Assembly (NCBI GenBank): GCA_963758525.1
Contig: CAVWVQ010000003.1
Coordinates: 1,952,001 to 2,016,000 of the forward strand
DNA: 64,000 nucleotides
Source: an uncultured Phycisphaerales bacterium
GTDB lineage: Bacteria > Planctomycetota > Phycisphaerae > Tepidisphaerales > Tepidisphaeraceae
Direction: 5' to 3'
Position 1 is the first letter of the stretch. Each line of letters opens with the position of its first letter. The notes under the pieces are model-generated. The model saw only the letters and a program-made list of their open reading frames with translations. It did no database searches and was not told the DNA's origin. Shown here one piece after another: positions 39,924 to 50,280 of the stretch. Position numbers and translations under genes: made by a program.

Positions 39924-42900
39924 TCAGGTGACGACGGTTACCGCCGAACTCAGGAGAACGACCGCATTGGCTCCAAACTTGTGGGCCGAATCCAGGGTTA
40001 CCACAAAGTAAAGAGACCCCGCCGACAGGTTAGACGGCATCCTCAGATTGAACCGCAGTTTTTGCGACTTCCCTGCCTTGATATTGATCCGCGGCGTGAA
40101 AGAGGTCACGGGGGTGGCATTGCTCCCGTCCGGCGAAGTTGAGACGGCAACCGCAACGCCCAATGGTCCGGCCGCGGGAATGTTGCCGCCGTTGTGAACT
40201 ACCGTTGAGATGCTGATCTTCTGGCTCGATGCCACAAACGCCGGCACGAACAGCGTGCTGGTCAGGCTCACAAACGCGGGCGCGATCGTCACCGGATTGC
40301 TCGCCTCCAGGTTGTCGGTTTCACTCAGCTCAGGAATCGCATTGTTGGCGTCGATCGAGGCGATGATGGAGTACTTGCCGCTCGGCAGCCCGGCCGGGTA
40401 CTTGAAATTCAGCGGCACGCGGATCGCGCCGTGCGGCTTGAGATTCAGCCGCACCGGTACGTCAATAATCTTCGTCGCGCCGGCGAGCGTCGACGTGCTC
40501 GAAGCAAAGAGCGCGATGGTGATCGTTCCGACAGCCTTGGCCGTACCGGTGTTGCTGATTTGCAGCATCAGCTTCCCTTTGGATCCGCTGATGACTGATG
40601 CGGGCGGAGAGGTCACGAACTTCCCGGTGAGATTCGGGGCGGTGGTGCCGGGGACGACGCCGGTGGGAACGTCCGCGAAAGACGGCCCGGTCGTCGAGCC
40701 GGCGCCGACCGCTACATTCACGCTGGCGGCGGAGGCTGTCTGCCCGCTGGGGAGAATCTCGACAACGGCGTAATTCCCGGCAGCGAGATTGGCGAAATTG
40801 TAACCGCCCAGGGAATCGGTGATGTCGCTGATTTCGCCGGAATCCAGCGTGCCGTTGCCATTGGCATCGAGGAAGACGGTGATCCCGGGAAGCGGCGCAC
40901 CCGTCAGCCCGTTGAAAACCTTGCCTGACAATCCCGACGAGCCTGCCCCTTTCACGCCGAAGCTTTCGTTCCCAACGCTCGCTGCGCCAAGGGAAACGGT
41001 CAGTCCAGCGTTGGCAGCGGGAGAAGTCTGCGTAAAGCCCGTTGGAAGAACCAGGCGAACGGTGTAGGTCGTGTTGGGCGATAATCCGCTGATATTGTAA
41101 TGGCCGGAAGAATCGGTGGTGAATTGCGGCTGTCCGGTGGGGTTGCCGCTGCTGTTCAGATCCGCATACACAACGATGCCCGAGACGCCCGCCTCGCCGG
41201 CATCCTGGGTGCCGTTGGCGTTCAGGTCCGCAAAGACGGAGCCGGCAATCGAAAGCCCGGTGGTTTGCTCCCTGCCGAAGTTTTCGTTGGCGACGTCGGA
41301 CGTTCCCAAGGCAACGACCTGGCCATTCCCTCCCGACGGCGCGGTCTGGATGACTCCCGCCGGCAAGTCCTGGCGGATGGTGTAATTCGCGCCCGAGACT
41401 AAAGCCGCCAGCGAGTAGTTCCCTGAGGCGTCGGTCGTCACCTGCGGCTGACCGCTGGCAGAACCGGTGTTGTTGATGTCCGCGTAAACGGTCACGCCGG
41501 CGGCGCCCGCCTCGCCTCCTTGCTTCACTCCGTCCCCGTTGGTGTCGTTGAAAACATTTCCGGCGATGGAGTGGAGCGAAAAAGCCCCCAGCGTCTGCAT
41601 CGACGCGGGCGTGCCGCCGGAATTAAACGCCTGATTTGAATTGAGGGCGATCGTGAAGTTCCCGTCATCCGCGGCCGTCCATCCAGCCGGATCGGTCAGA
41701 TCGTAAACAACGGTTGGCCGGCCGGTAAACGAATCGACAACCTGCGGGGCGCCGACGGTGAGCGTCTTGGCCCCGGTGACGGAAATATCATTGGCGTCGA
41801 GCGACGAAAGATTGATTGCCACGTCGTCCGCGTAAGTCACCCTGACGGCAACGCCGTTGGGGATGGACGTGATGCTGTCCAGCGTCGCCGTCGGACGGGT
41901 GGTGTCTATATTAATGCCAGGATGGATCGCGGTGTTGCCGACGGTCATTCCGACGGCGCCTCGGCCCAGGCCGGTGATGATCGTCCCATTTGATTGCGGA
42001 GCGCCAAAGGCTTCAAAGAGCGCCGCGCCGGCGGCCCCGAGATCGGGATGAATCAGCGCCGAGCTGACTCCCGGATCACCGTACGTCTGCTGGCTCTGGA
42101 CGGCGCCGCTAGAGGAGAGAATGGCAATCGCCGCCGAGACGGTCGAACCATCGTAGCTGGTGCCCAGCACGTCAATCTGCCCGCCAGGCTGCGCGATCAC
42201 TTCGTCGGCATCGGCACTGCTTCCTCCGCCGAAGTTGACCGTCGCCATTCCGTTTGCGGTTCCGAAATGGTCCCCCGGGGTCGTGTCGAAGCTGCCGCCG
42301 TCGTCGAGGCTGTCGTCGCTGTTGAGCCGCACGACGGCAAAGTCCCCGCTGCTGGTTTTGGCGGCGATGAGAATCTTGCCGTCCGCCTGCTCGGCAAGGC
42401 CGACGTTCCAATCCACGGATTGCGCTTCCGTGATGCGCGCCAGCCCATGCCCGTAATTCGGATCGAACGACGGATCGAGACTGCCATTGGAAAGGTAGCG
42501 AACCAGGGCCACGCGGCCGCCGGACTCACCAGCGACAAGGATTTTCCCGTCCGGCTGAACGAGATCGCGCCCGCCATGATCGTCCCCGCCGCCCGGATCG
42601 CTGCCCGAGGCGGGATACATTGCCTGCGAGAAGGCGGTCTTCACCACGCCCGGAACCGCTCCTGACGGATTGAAGCTCGTGTCGAGACTGCCGTTGGAAA
42701 GGAGGCGCACGACGGCGAACTGCGCGTGCGTATTTGTGGAGTCCTGGCTGTTTTCGTAGGTGCCGGAGACGACGATCCTGCCGCTGGAATCGATCGCAAT
42801 TCCGTACGGCGTGTTCGCCGCCTCCATCGTGGCGGCGCCGTCATCTCCCGTGAAGGTGAGCGTCGCGTCGCCGCTCAATCCTTGTGCTGCTCCAAGATCG

Positions 42901-44483
42901 GCAAACCCTCCGCTGCCGAAATTGCTCCGCAGGTTGCCATTGGAATCGAAGCGGGCGATGACCCAGTCCGTCCGCGTCGGAACCAGCGTGCCCTGGTCGC
43001 CGGTCGTCGTGGCAGTGATTTTGGTGCCGGCCAGCAGAATGTCGCCGCTGGTCGGGTCGATCGTTACTCCGTAGCCGGCGCCGTTGAAGTTCGAGAGTTG
43101 CACGCGTCCATCAGAACCGAACGTGGTGTCCTTCGAGCCGTCGGAGTTGAATTTGTACAGGACGTAATTGCCGACGTATCCGTTGTTGGTGAAGCTTTCT
43201 CCGCCGCTGGCATATCCGACGGCGATGGACTGCCCGTTGCCCACCGGGGTCAGCGATTGCAGCGTCGCGCCGGCGTTGTAATCGAACGGCTCGGTGGATT
43301 CTGCCACGAACTGGGCCGACGGCGTCAGAACAAACGCCCTGGAATCGCCGGTGGATGAGTCGAGGTAGTTGGCCACGATCATTCCGCTGGCATTGATGCC
43401 GGGCGCGTCGGTGAGCGTGACGGAGTAATTCCCATCGTCGGCGTCGGTCAGCGCGTTGAGATTCTGCATGACGCCGGTGGTGGCGTCGTAGACGAAGGCA
43501 GCCTTCTTCGATCCATTGGATTCCCATCCGGTGACCATCTCGTCGCCGCCGGTCAGTTGCGTCACAGCCTCGGCCTCTCCCTGGTTGAATCCCGGCAGAT
43601 TCGGAATGCGAGTGACCGCGCCGGTATTCGCGTTGTAAAGAAAGGGCTGGGGCGCATTGCCGGACCCGGCGAACGTCGCGTAACCGACCACCGTGTTACT
43701 GTCGTCGATGGCCAGCGCCTCGCTGTCTCCGCTGCCGCTGAACGATCCGCTGATGTCCTGCAACGCTTCCGTGGAGTCGTCGGATGATTGGACGGCCGCA
43801 TGCTTGGTTCCCCCATTGGCGCCGGTGATCCAACCAACCGCTCTCTTGTCCAAACCGAGAACCGCGCCGCTGAACGACGTGGAGCTCAGATCGGCCGACG
43901 GCGTGAGGTCGAAGGCGGTCCCGACGTTGTGGTGAAGCACGGGATGCTGCGTGTTGTTGACCGTGAATTGCCCGCCGGTGAGATCGCTGGATCCGCGCAG
44001 CGCGACCGCGTAGAGAATGTCGCCGCTCCCGGCATCAACCGTCGTGGCGTTCCCGGGAGAACCCGTATCGACGATGAACGACCCGTTGGCGTCCGCCCCG
44101 ACCGCCATACCCGCCGAGTCGATGGCGAACGCCTGGTTGCTGCCCTGAGTGTTGCCGGCATTCGAGATCGAATCGAGATTGTCGGGGCTGGTCCCGAAAA
44201 AAGCGGTATTTGTTCCGGATTCGGTGCCATATCCAACGAAAACCCCGCTGTTGTTGATTCCGGTGACCACCTCCGAGCTCACAGATGTGGACGCGAAGTC
44301 CGCCGGGATCGCCGCGGAAGTATAGAAAGAGAACAACAGTCGGCTCTCCATCACTTCCATTGCCGCCAGCCGCAACTGCGCGCGTGGCGAGCGCAGCCGC
44401 GCCGCGGAAATGCGATTAGAAGCGAGTCGGCCGTCACGCTGCCGGCTGCGGGATTCTCCAGCGAAACCATTCTTGCGATGCAT
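39924..44483 (-). CDS. Giant surface protein 2 (1519 aa), close paralog of protein 1
   Basis: GAAGGAG RBS; MEVMESRLLFS; same domain order as protein 1; C-terminal ~125 aa almost identical to protein 1. Confidence 0.92.
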   Translation of the reverse strand: MHRKNGFAGESRSRQRDGRLASNRISAARLRSPRAQLRLAAMEVMESRLLFSFYTSAAIPADFASTSVSSEVVTGINNSGVFVGYGTESGTNTAFFGTSPDNLDSISNAGNTQGSNQAFAIDSAGMAVGADANGSFIVDTGSPGNATTVDAGSGDILYAVALRGSSDLTGGQFTVNNTQHPVLHHNVGTAFDLTPSADLSSTSFSGAVLGLDKRAVGWITGANGGTKHAAVQSSDDSTEALQDISGSFSGSGDSEALAIDDSNTVVGYATFAGSGNAPQPFLYNANTGAVTRIPNLPGFNQGEAEAVTQLTGGDEMVTGWESNGSKKAAFVYDATTGVMQNLNALTDADDGNYSVTLTDAPGINASGMIVANYLDSSTGDSRAFVLTPSAQFVAESTEPFDYNAGATLQSLTPVGNGQSIAVGYASGGESFTNNGYVGNYVLYKFNSDGSKDTTFGSDGRVQLSNFNGAGYGVTIDPTSGDILLAGTKITATTTGDQGTLVPTRTDWVIARFDSNGNLRSNFGSGGFADLGAAQGLSGDATLTFTGDDGAATMEAANTPYGIAIDSSGRIVVSGTYENSQDSTNTHAQFAVVRLLSNGSLDTSFNPSGAVPGVVKTAFSQAMYPASGSDPGGGDDHGGRDLVQPDGKILVAGESGGRVALVRYLSNGSLDPSFDPNYGHGLARITEAQSVDWNVGLAEQADGKILIAAKTSSGDFAVVRLNSDDSLDDGGSFDTTPGDHFGTANGMATVNFGGGSSADADEVIAQPGGQIDVLGTSYDGSTVSAAIAILSSSGAVQSQQTYGDPGVSSALIHPDLGAAGAALFEAFGAPQSNGTIITGLGRGAVGMTVGNTAIHPGINIDTTRPTATLDSITSIPNGVAVRVTYADDVAINLSSLDANDISVTGAKTLTVGAPQVVDSFTGRPTVVYDLTDPAGWTAADDGNFTIALNSNQAFNSGGTPASMQTLGAFSLHSIAGNVFNDTNGDGVKQGGEAGAAGVTVYADINNTGSASGQPQVTTDASGNYSLAALVSGANYTIRQDLPAGVIQTAPSGGNGQVVALGTSDVANENFGREQTTGLSIAGSVFADLNANGTQDAGEAGVSGIVVYADLNSSGNPTGQPQFTTDSSGHYNISGLSPNTTYTVRLVLPTGFTQTSPAANAGLTVSLGAASVGNESFGVKGAGSSGLSGKVFNGLTGAPLPGITVFLDANGNGTLDSGEISDITDSLGGYNFANLAAGNYAVVEILPSGQTASAASVNVAVGAGSTTGPSFADVPTGVVPGTTAPNLTGKFVTSPPASVISGSKGKLMLQISNTGTAKAVGTITIALFASSTSTLAGATKIIDVPVRLNLKPHGAIRVPLNFKYPAGLPSGKYSIIASIDANNAIPELSETDNLEASNPVTIAPAFVSLTSTLFVPAFVASSQKISISTVVHNGGNIPAAGPLGVAVAVSTSPDGSNATPVTSFTPRINIKAGKSQKLRFNLRMPSNLSAGSLYFVVTLDSAHKFGANAVVLLSSAVTVVT

Positions 44484-44509
44484 GTTTCTCCTTCAACAAG
44501 TTGCTCTTT

Positions 44510-44549
44510 CCCCCTCCCCTGGTACTCCGGGGGAGGGCTGGGGTGGGGG
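44510..44549. repeat. REP-like unit, family A
   Basis: CCCCCTCCCCTGGTACTCCGGGGGAGGGCTGGGGTGGGGG, just upstream of the RBS of giant gene 2. Confidence 0.8.
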
Positions 44550-44619
44550 CAGGCGGCGCTCCGCGACCGCCGCAGGCTGGACGCCTGCACCACAGATGGG
44601 CACGAGCGATTGGCCCTGA

Positions 44620-47600
44620 TTAAATCACCGCCGTCTGCGCCGTTGCGGCCACCGTGGTGGCGGGGATCAATCCCGCGGCGCCGATCGTGGCAATCAGATA
44701 GTAACTGCCCGGCGGCAGTTGGCTCCCGTTCAATTTCAGCTTCAGGCGAAAGACGCCGTTGCGAAGCTGCTTGATATTGAAACGCGCCGGGAACGAGCCG
44801 ATCTGAACGTCGCTGCCGTCCAGGGTTTGGTCCGACGAAGCGAAGATCTGAATCCGAGACGTCCCGCTGGCGGCGCTGTTGCCCTGATTGCTCAAGTTCA
44901 ATGTGATCGGCACGGTCTTGCCAGGCGTGATTGTCGCCGGCGCATTCAATGTCCCGTTCAAGCTGACGAACGCGGCGGCGATCGTCAGCGGGTTGCTCAC
45001 CGCCAGGTTGTCGGCCTTGGTCGTTTCCGCAATCACGTCGCCGGAATCGATCGAGGCGATCATCGAATACTTGCCGTTTACCAGGCCTGACGGATAGGTG
45101 AAGTTCAGCTTCACGCTGGTCGCGCCATTGGGCTTGAGCTTCAGCCGCACCGGTACGTCGATGATCCGGGTGGCGTTGACGAGCGTCTGCGAGGTCGAGG
45201 CGAAGAGTGTCACTTTAATCGTTCCCGTGGCGCTGGCCGAGCCGGTGTTGTTGATGCGGAGCGTCAGCTTTCCCTTGGACCCGCTGATCACCGAAGCCGG
45301 CGGAGACGTCACAAACGCGCCGGTGAGGTTTGCCGCCAGCACTCCCGACGGGACACCGCTGGGCACATCCGCGAATGATGGCCCGGCCGCGGCGCCGCTG
45401 GTGACGCTGGTCGTCACGCTTGTCGCGGACGCTGTCTGGCTCGCGGGGGGAATCTCCACAATAGAGAAGATGCCCGCTGCTAGGTTGCTCAGCCGGTAGT
45501 TTCCCGCACCGTCGGTGGTGGCGCTTGTCTCGCCGGCGTCGAGGACGCCGTTCTGATTGCTGTCGACAAAGACCGTCACACCGCTTTGCGGGGTGCCGGT
45601 AAGACCGTCGTACACCTCTCCCGAGAGGCTTCCCGGGGCGGCTCCGAGAACAATGCCAAAACTCTCGCCGCTGACCGAACTGTTGGTGAGCGAAACCGCC
45701 TGGTCCGCATCGGAATCGGGGAACGTTTGGCTGTATCCGGTGGGAAGCACTTCGCGGATGGGATAGGTTTGATTCCCCGTCAATCCCCCGATGGTGTAGT
45801 TTCCCGAGGCATCGGTGATCGCCTGGGGCTGACTGACAGGATTGCCGCTGCCGTTCTCGTCTGCGTAGACAACAACGCCCGGCACCCCCGACTCCCCGGC
45901 GTCTTGAGTTCCACTGTCGTTTTGGTCATTGAAAACCGTGCCGGAGATCGAGAGCCCGGTCGCGGAAGGAATGGCAACCGTGAAGTTCCCGATCGTTCCG
46001 GCCGGCGCATGGTTGCCGTGTTTATCCGTGATGACCTTGCCATTCAGCTCAATTTCATAGGTCCCGTCGTCGGAACTGGTCCACGTCCCCGAAGGACCCG
46101 CAACGGAATAGGTGACAGTGGATCCATTCGTGACCGCCCCAACGACTTTCAGCGAACTGGCGGCGGCGGGTGTGATCCCTCCGCGGGTCGTCGCGGTTGT
46201 TGCCGGCGTCACGCTGACGGCGCCGGTGGATTGCAGGGCAGCGGCATCCAATTGCGAATTGTCGGCGTATGCAACGGAAAACGAGTAGGTGGAGGCGGAA
46301 GTTGCAAGAGGATTGGCGGAAACCGTCGAAACGATTCCCGGCAGATTGAGAGATTGCGCGCCGGTGCCGCCGCCGGAGCTTGTTCTTTCGGCCGACCCTA
46401 CCGTGACGGTGTTTCCGCTGGCATCGCCGAATGCTTCAGTCAGCGCGGCGCCGGCCGCCCCAAGATCGGGTCGAATCACGCCTGCCGGCGTTAGCGCGGA
46501 GATGTTGATCCGCGGATCGAAGGCGTCCGTGCCGTTCAGGAGCGAACCGTCATTGACGCTGCCATCTTCGTTAAAGGTTGCGATTGCCGTTTCGACGTCT
46601 CCGGAACTGTCTGTCGTCGTTCCGGTGACGACGATCTGCCCGCCGGGCTGGATTGCAACGCTGTCTGCATCGTCATCACCATTGCCGTTGAAATCGGCGG
46701 TGACCACTCCGTTTGCATCCGGCCCAAACGTGTCGTCCGACGTTCCGTCGGTGTTGAGGCGTTCGATGGCAAAAGTCGGCGAAGATCCGGTTGTTCGATT
46801 GGCGACGACGATGCGGCCCGTGTCGTCCAAGGCCATTCCGATCGAGTGATCCAGGCCGCTTGAAAGTCCCGTCTGGGCTGCCAAATCTGGCAGCACCTCA
46901 ATCTGGCCGCTATTAAAGCCGGGCACCAACGTGCCGCTGGCATCCACTTCCGCGACCGCGACGTTGCCGCCATCGGAGCCTGCCGCAACGATCGACCCGT
47001 CGGCTTCAACCGCGATCCGGCCGACCTCTCCTTCGGGGGCCGTCGGGTTCGCCGGGCCGGTGGACGACGACAGCGGAATCTCGAATGCGTTGAGATCGGC
47101 GCCGGTCGCGGAATAGTGCGCAAAGGCCCAGGTTCCGTCGGAACCGCCCGCGGCGACGATCGTCCCATCGGGTAGCGTCGCAACGGAATAAGCGGACTCG
47201 GCGGACGAAAATTCATCGGTCGCCGTCGTGACTTCCCCGCTATGCGCTGTCCCGAAGTTGGTATCCAGCGCACCGTTGGAAGTCAGGTGCGCCAGCAGAA
47301 AGTCGTTGTTGCTCGTGCCGGCCAGGAGAATCGAATCATCGCTTTCCACGGTCAGTCCGAAGGCTGCCTGATTGCTTCCGGCTGCTCCGGTAAATACTCC
47401 ATCCGTGCCGAACGTCGGATCAACCGTTCCATCGGAAAGAAGCCGCTCGACGACGAGTTGCCCGTTGCCTGCGGAAGTGTCCCCTTCGACGCCGGCGAGA
47501 ATGATGTCCCCATTACTCTGATGACCGATCGCCTGGGCGACGAAACCCGAGGCGCTGGAACCGCTGAAGGTGAAGCTCGAATCAAACGGGTTGATCAGAA

Positions 47601-48411
47601 CCTCGTAGAGCGCGATGATGCTGTACGGCGCGGAGGAAACCGGAACCCCCGCGGTATTGGTCACTGCGTCGTCGGGGTTGATCACGACGTGATAGCCCGT
47701 GTCCGCAGAGGCGTAAAAGGCACCGCCCGGCGCGCCCATGAAATACGTTGCATCCACGACCGTGCCGTTGTCGAGCACGTTTGTCGACTCGAGCGTCACG
47801 ATAAGCGGGCTTTCAAAACTGTCGAGATTCCCGCTGTTGATCGTCGAGAGGTTGATGCCAGCCGGATCTGAGTAGGTGACCTCGAGCGTTTTTCCCGTTG
47901 TCCCTGGAACCGTGATGTCGCCATCATCTGCCGGCTCAAACGCAACTGCAACTGCCCCGGTCAATGGGGTGAGGCCGGACGCGGCAAAGCCGATCGAAGC
48001 GCCAGCCGCGGTCTGCCCGGCAGCATCTGAAACCTGCCCAGGCTGGAATGCCACGGAGTAATTTCCGTTCGCATCTGCGTCCCATATTCCACCGGGCGAT
48101 TGGACAAAATAGCCAACGCCGACCGTGGTGCCGCCGGCGCTGGACGAGACCTCATCGCCGAGCACTTTCAGATCCCCAAAAGGCCCGCTCACCACGATGT
48201 TGGAGGGCGCAACGCCCGCAGTATTGATCGCCGATGCATCCGTGAGCGTCGCGTCGATTTCAAACTCGCCGGCTCCCTGCACCGGGTTCGGCGCAGAAAG
48301 CTGCACCGACGCTCCGCTGAGTAACACGCGGCTTTCCAGCAGCTCCATTCCGATGTGAATCGCTCGATACAGACGGCAGGGCGCCGAACGGCGACGCAAC
48401 GACACGAACAT
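44620..48411 (-). CDS. Giant surface protein 3 (1263 aa): LExRxLLS leader, Ig-like repeats, delta-60-like repeats, two SdrD-B-like domains, CARDB-like C-terminus
   Basis: MELLESRVLLS, RLLSDGTVDPTFG, RLNTDGTSDDTFG and ISGTVFNDQNDSG; shares NLTGxFVTSPPASVISGSK with proteins 1 and 2. Confidence 0.92.
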   Translation of the reverse strand: MFVSLRRRSAPCRLYRAIHIGMELLESRVLLSGASVQLSAPNPVQGAGEFEIDATLTDASAINTAGVAPSNIVVSGPFGDLKVLGDEVSSSAGGTTVGVGYFVQSPGGIWDADANGNYSVAFQPGQVSDAAGQTAAGASIGFAASGLTPLTGAVAVAFEPADDGDITVPGTTGKTLEVTYSDPAGINLSTINSGNLDSFESPLIVTLESTNVLDNGTVVDATYFMGAPGGAFYASADTGYHVVINPDDAVTNTAGVPVSSAPYSIIALYEVLINPFDSSFTFSGSSASGFVAQAIGHQSNGDIILAGVEGDTSAGNGQLVVERLLSDGTVDPTFGTDGVFTGAAGSNQAAFGLTVESDDSILLAGTSNNDFLLAHLTSNGALDTNFGTAHSGEVTTATDEFSSAESAYSVATLPDGTIVAAGGSDGTWAFAHYSATGADLNAFEIPLSSSTGPANPTAPEGEVGRIAVEADGSIVAAGSDGGNVAVAEVDASGTLVPGFNSGQIEVLPDLAAQTGLSSGLDHSIGMALDDTGRIVVANRTTGSSPTFAIERLNTDGTSDDTFGPDANGVVTADFNGNGDDDADSVAIQPGGQIVVTGTTTDSSGDVETAIATFNEDGSVNDGSLLNGTDAFDPRINISALTPAGVIRPDLGAAGAALTEAFGDASGNTVTVGSAERTSSGGGTGAQSLNLPGIVSTVSANPLATSASTYSFSVAYADNSQLDAAALQSTGAVSVTPATTATTRGGITPAAASSLKVVGAVTNGSTVTYSVAGPSGTWTSSDDGTYEIELNGKVITDKHGNHAPAGTIGNFTVAIPSATGLSISGTVFNDQNDSGTQDAGESGVPGVVVYADENGSGNPVSQPQAITDASGNYTIGGLTGNQTYPIREVLPTGYSQTFPDSDADQAVSLTNSSVSGESFGIVLGAAPGSLSGEVYDGLTGTPQSGVTVFVDSNQNGVLDAGETSATTDGAGNYRLSNLAAGIFSIVEIPPASQTASATSVTTSVTSGAAAGPSFADVPSGVPSGVLAANLTGAFVTSPPASVISGSKGKLTLRINNTGSASATGTIKVTLFASTSQTLVNATRIIDVPVRLKLKPNGATSVKLNFTYPSGLVNGKYSMIASIDSGDVIAETTKADNLAVSNPLTIAAAFVSLNGTLNAPATITPGKTVPITLNLSNQGNSAASGTSRIQIFASSDQTLDGSDVQIGSFPARFNIKQLRNGVFRLKLKLNGSQLPPGSYYLIATIGAAGLIPATTVAATAQTAVI

Positions 48412-48830
48412 GCAAGGCTCCCGTTTCGGTCATCCGCAGAGCGAATCTCCTCCCTGAGATAGGGCGCCCTCACGCGCCGCGCCCGTTTCGACCGATATAT
48501 TCTCCGCTGAACAACCAAGCACGCCCGCCCGGAAATATAGCAGCACGGCCTTCAATGGCAAAGGAATTTCCGGACGTGGCGGAAGAAGGTGCCTGTCGGG
48601 TACAACGTCATTACTTGTAGCCGCCGCCAGTGCTGTTAGAGTGGCAATGGTCGTGGCGGACGACATCAGGTTTTTGGCGGATTCAGCGGAGTTTCTTTGA
48701 AATTGCGGCCCTTGTAACGTGGCGCATGCTCAAAGCTGGCACAGCGTGCCGCTTCGAGTGCGACAGGATGCAGCCGTCCATTACTTTGAACAATCGAATT
48801 CATTCATCTCGCAACAACAAGGAGTCAACC

Positions 48831-50075
48831 GTGGCAAAGAATTCTCGCGTTCTTCTGGCCGTGATCGCATCCGCAACCGCTGTCTGTGTTCGATCCGCTC
48901 TTGCGGAGGATTCGTCATCATCCCCCCAGATGACGCTCAGTCCGATCTACGCCGCCGACACGGAGCCGGCGACCGACCGCGCCCCCTTGATGGCTGCTCT
49001 GGATCGCGTCGGGCTGGCCGAGCCGCTCGAGAGCGCGCGAATCGACCTTAGCGGTTGGGTTGAAGGATCGTACAACTACAACTTTATGAATCCCGCCAAG
49101 GAACTAAACCTCGGCCATGACTTCGACATCCATGCGAATCACGCAACCATCAACCAACTGGTGCTCAACGTCGAACGCGATGTAGACCTCACATCACACC
49201 AGTTTGACATCGGCGGCCGAATTGAGTTTCTCTATGGCAGCGACGCTGCCTGGACGCACGCCAACGGGCTGTACCGCGCGTTCCGCGTCCCTCTGACCGG
49301 CCCCGACTTTCAGTTCGACACGCCCGATATGTATGTGGATCTGGCCTTCCCCATTGGGAACGGGCTGCGCGTCCGGGCCGGACGATTCGAATTCTGGAAG
49401 CCGCTCGATCCGAACGCGAGCGTCTTCTTCTCCCACACGTTCGCCTACAATGCCGCTTTGCCCTTTACCAACACAGGGATCACCGCCGCTTACAATTTCA
49501 ATCAGCAGTGGAGCCTCGAAGCCGGGATCTCGCGTGGCGACGATCAGGCCACCAACGACGACAACGGCGCGATCGACTTCATCGGCAAGCTCGCTTGGCG
49601 GCCGAGCGATCAGCTCGCGGTGGCCCTCTACGGAAGCATCGGACCGGAGCAGCCGGGCGACAACGCCGATTATCTTTTCCGCCTGAATCCGACCGTCACA
49701 TGGAACGCATCGGACAATCTGAGCTTTCTGGCCGATGCGGTCTATGCCCATCAGCAGGGGAATACCGGCAACGGCTTCAAGGACAGCTACTACGGCATCT
49801 CGGGCAATGCCGTTCTCAAGCTCGACCAGCGATTCAGCCTCGCCGGACGCCTCGAATGGTTCCGAGATGAAACGGGCCTCGTCATCGGCCGCGGGGGAAA
49901 CTTCTACGAAGCAACCGTGGGCATGACCGTCACCCCGTTTCCGACCGATCCCGTGGGATCCAACTTCAAAGTGCGCCCCGAAGTTCGTTATGACTACGCA
50001 TCGCGCGACTTCTTCAACGGCCTGACCCGCCACGATCAGTTGATCGCCGCCCTTGATGCGATCTTCGATTTCTGA
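48831..50075 (+). CDS. Outer-membrane beta-barrel protein (putative porin, OmpL-like/BBP2 type)
   Basis: AAGGAG RBS + GTG 48831, signal peptide, LSGWVEGSYNYN, FFSHT...PFTNTG, RLEWFRD, VRPEVRYD and terminal Phe (AIFDF). Confidence 0.88.
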   Translation: MAKNSRVLLAVIASATAVCVRSALAEDSSSSPQMTLSPIYAADTEPATDRAPLMAALDRVGLAEPLESARIDLSGWVEGSYNYNFMNPAKELNLGHDFDIHANHATINQLVLNVERDVDLTSHQFDIGGRIEFLYGSDAAWTHANGLYRAFRVPLTGPDFQFDTPDMYVDLAFPIGNGLRVRAGRFEFWKPLDPNASVFFSHTFAYNAALPFTNTGITAAYNFNQQWSLEAGISRGDDQATNDDNGAIDFIGKLAWRPSDQLAVALYGSIGPEQPGDNADYLFRLNPTVTWNASDNLSFLADAVYAHQQGNTGNGFKDSYYGISGNAVLKLDQRFSLAGRLEWFRDETGLVIGRGGNFYEATVGMTVTPFPTDPVGSNFKVRPEVRYDYASRDFFNGLTRHDQLIAALDAIFDF

Positions 50076-50111
50076 TCCGCTTGAGCTGCTCGTTCAAATT
50101 CGACGCAAGAC

Positions 50112-50141
50112 CGGGCCGGCGGCAACGCCGGCCCGAGTTTT
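50112..50141 (+). terminator. Rho-independent terminator of the porin gene
   Basis: CGGGCCGGCG-GCAA-CGCCGGCCCG followed by AGTTTT. Confidence 0.75.
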
Positions 50142-50208
50142 AATGGGGAGTTAATTGGTGCGCCTACGAATAGCTCGATCAATTTCGCAACTATGAATGA
50201 CGCAGTCA

Positions 50209-50265
50209 CGTAGCACAGCCGTCTCGGCTGTGGCTTGGCGCCACAGCCGAGACGGCTGTACTACG
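50209..50265. repeat. GTAG-type REP doublet, family B
   Basis: 26-bp inverted arms CGTAGCACAGCCGTCTCGGCTGTGGC with one mismatch, between convergent genes. Confidence 0.85.
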
Positions 50266-50280
50266 GGGAACCGCCCTCCG

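Noticed and set aside
34971..44483. Diversity-generating retroelement (template/variable repeat pair) in the duplicated 3' ends
   Set aside because: No reverse transcriptase in the window, both copies are coding, and the differences seen are mostly synonymous rather than adenine-specific.
48715..48755. Sigma54 promoter upstream of the porin (TGGCAC...)
   Set aside because: The GC of the -12 element is off by one base and lacks TTGC; sigma54 spacing is strict.
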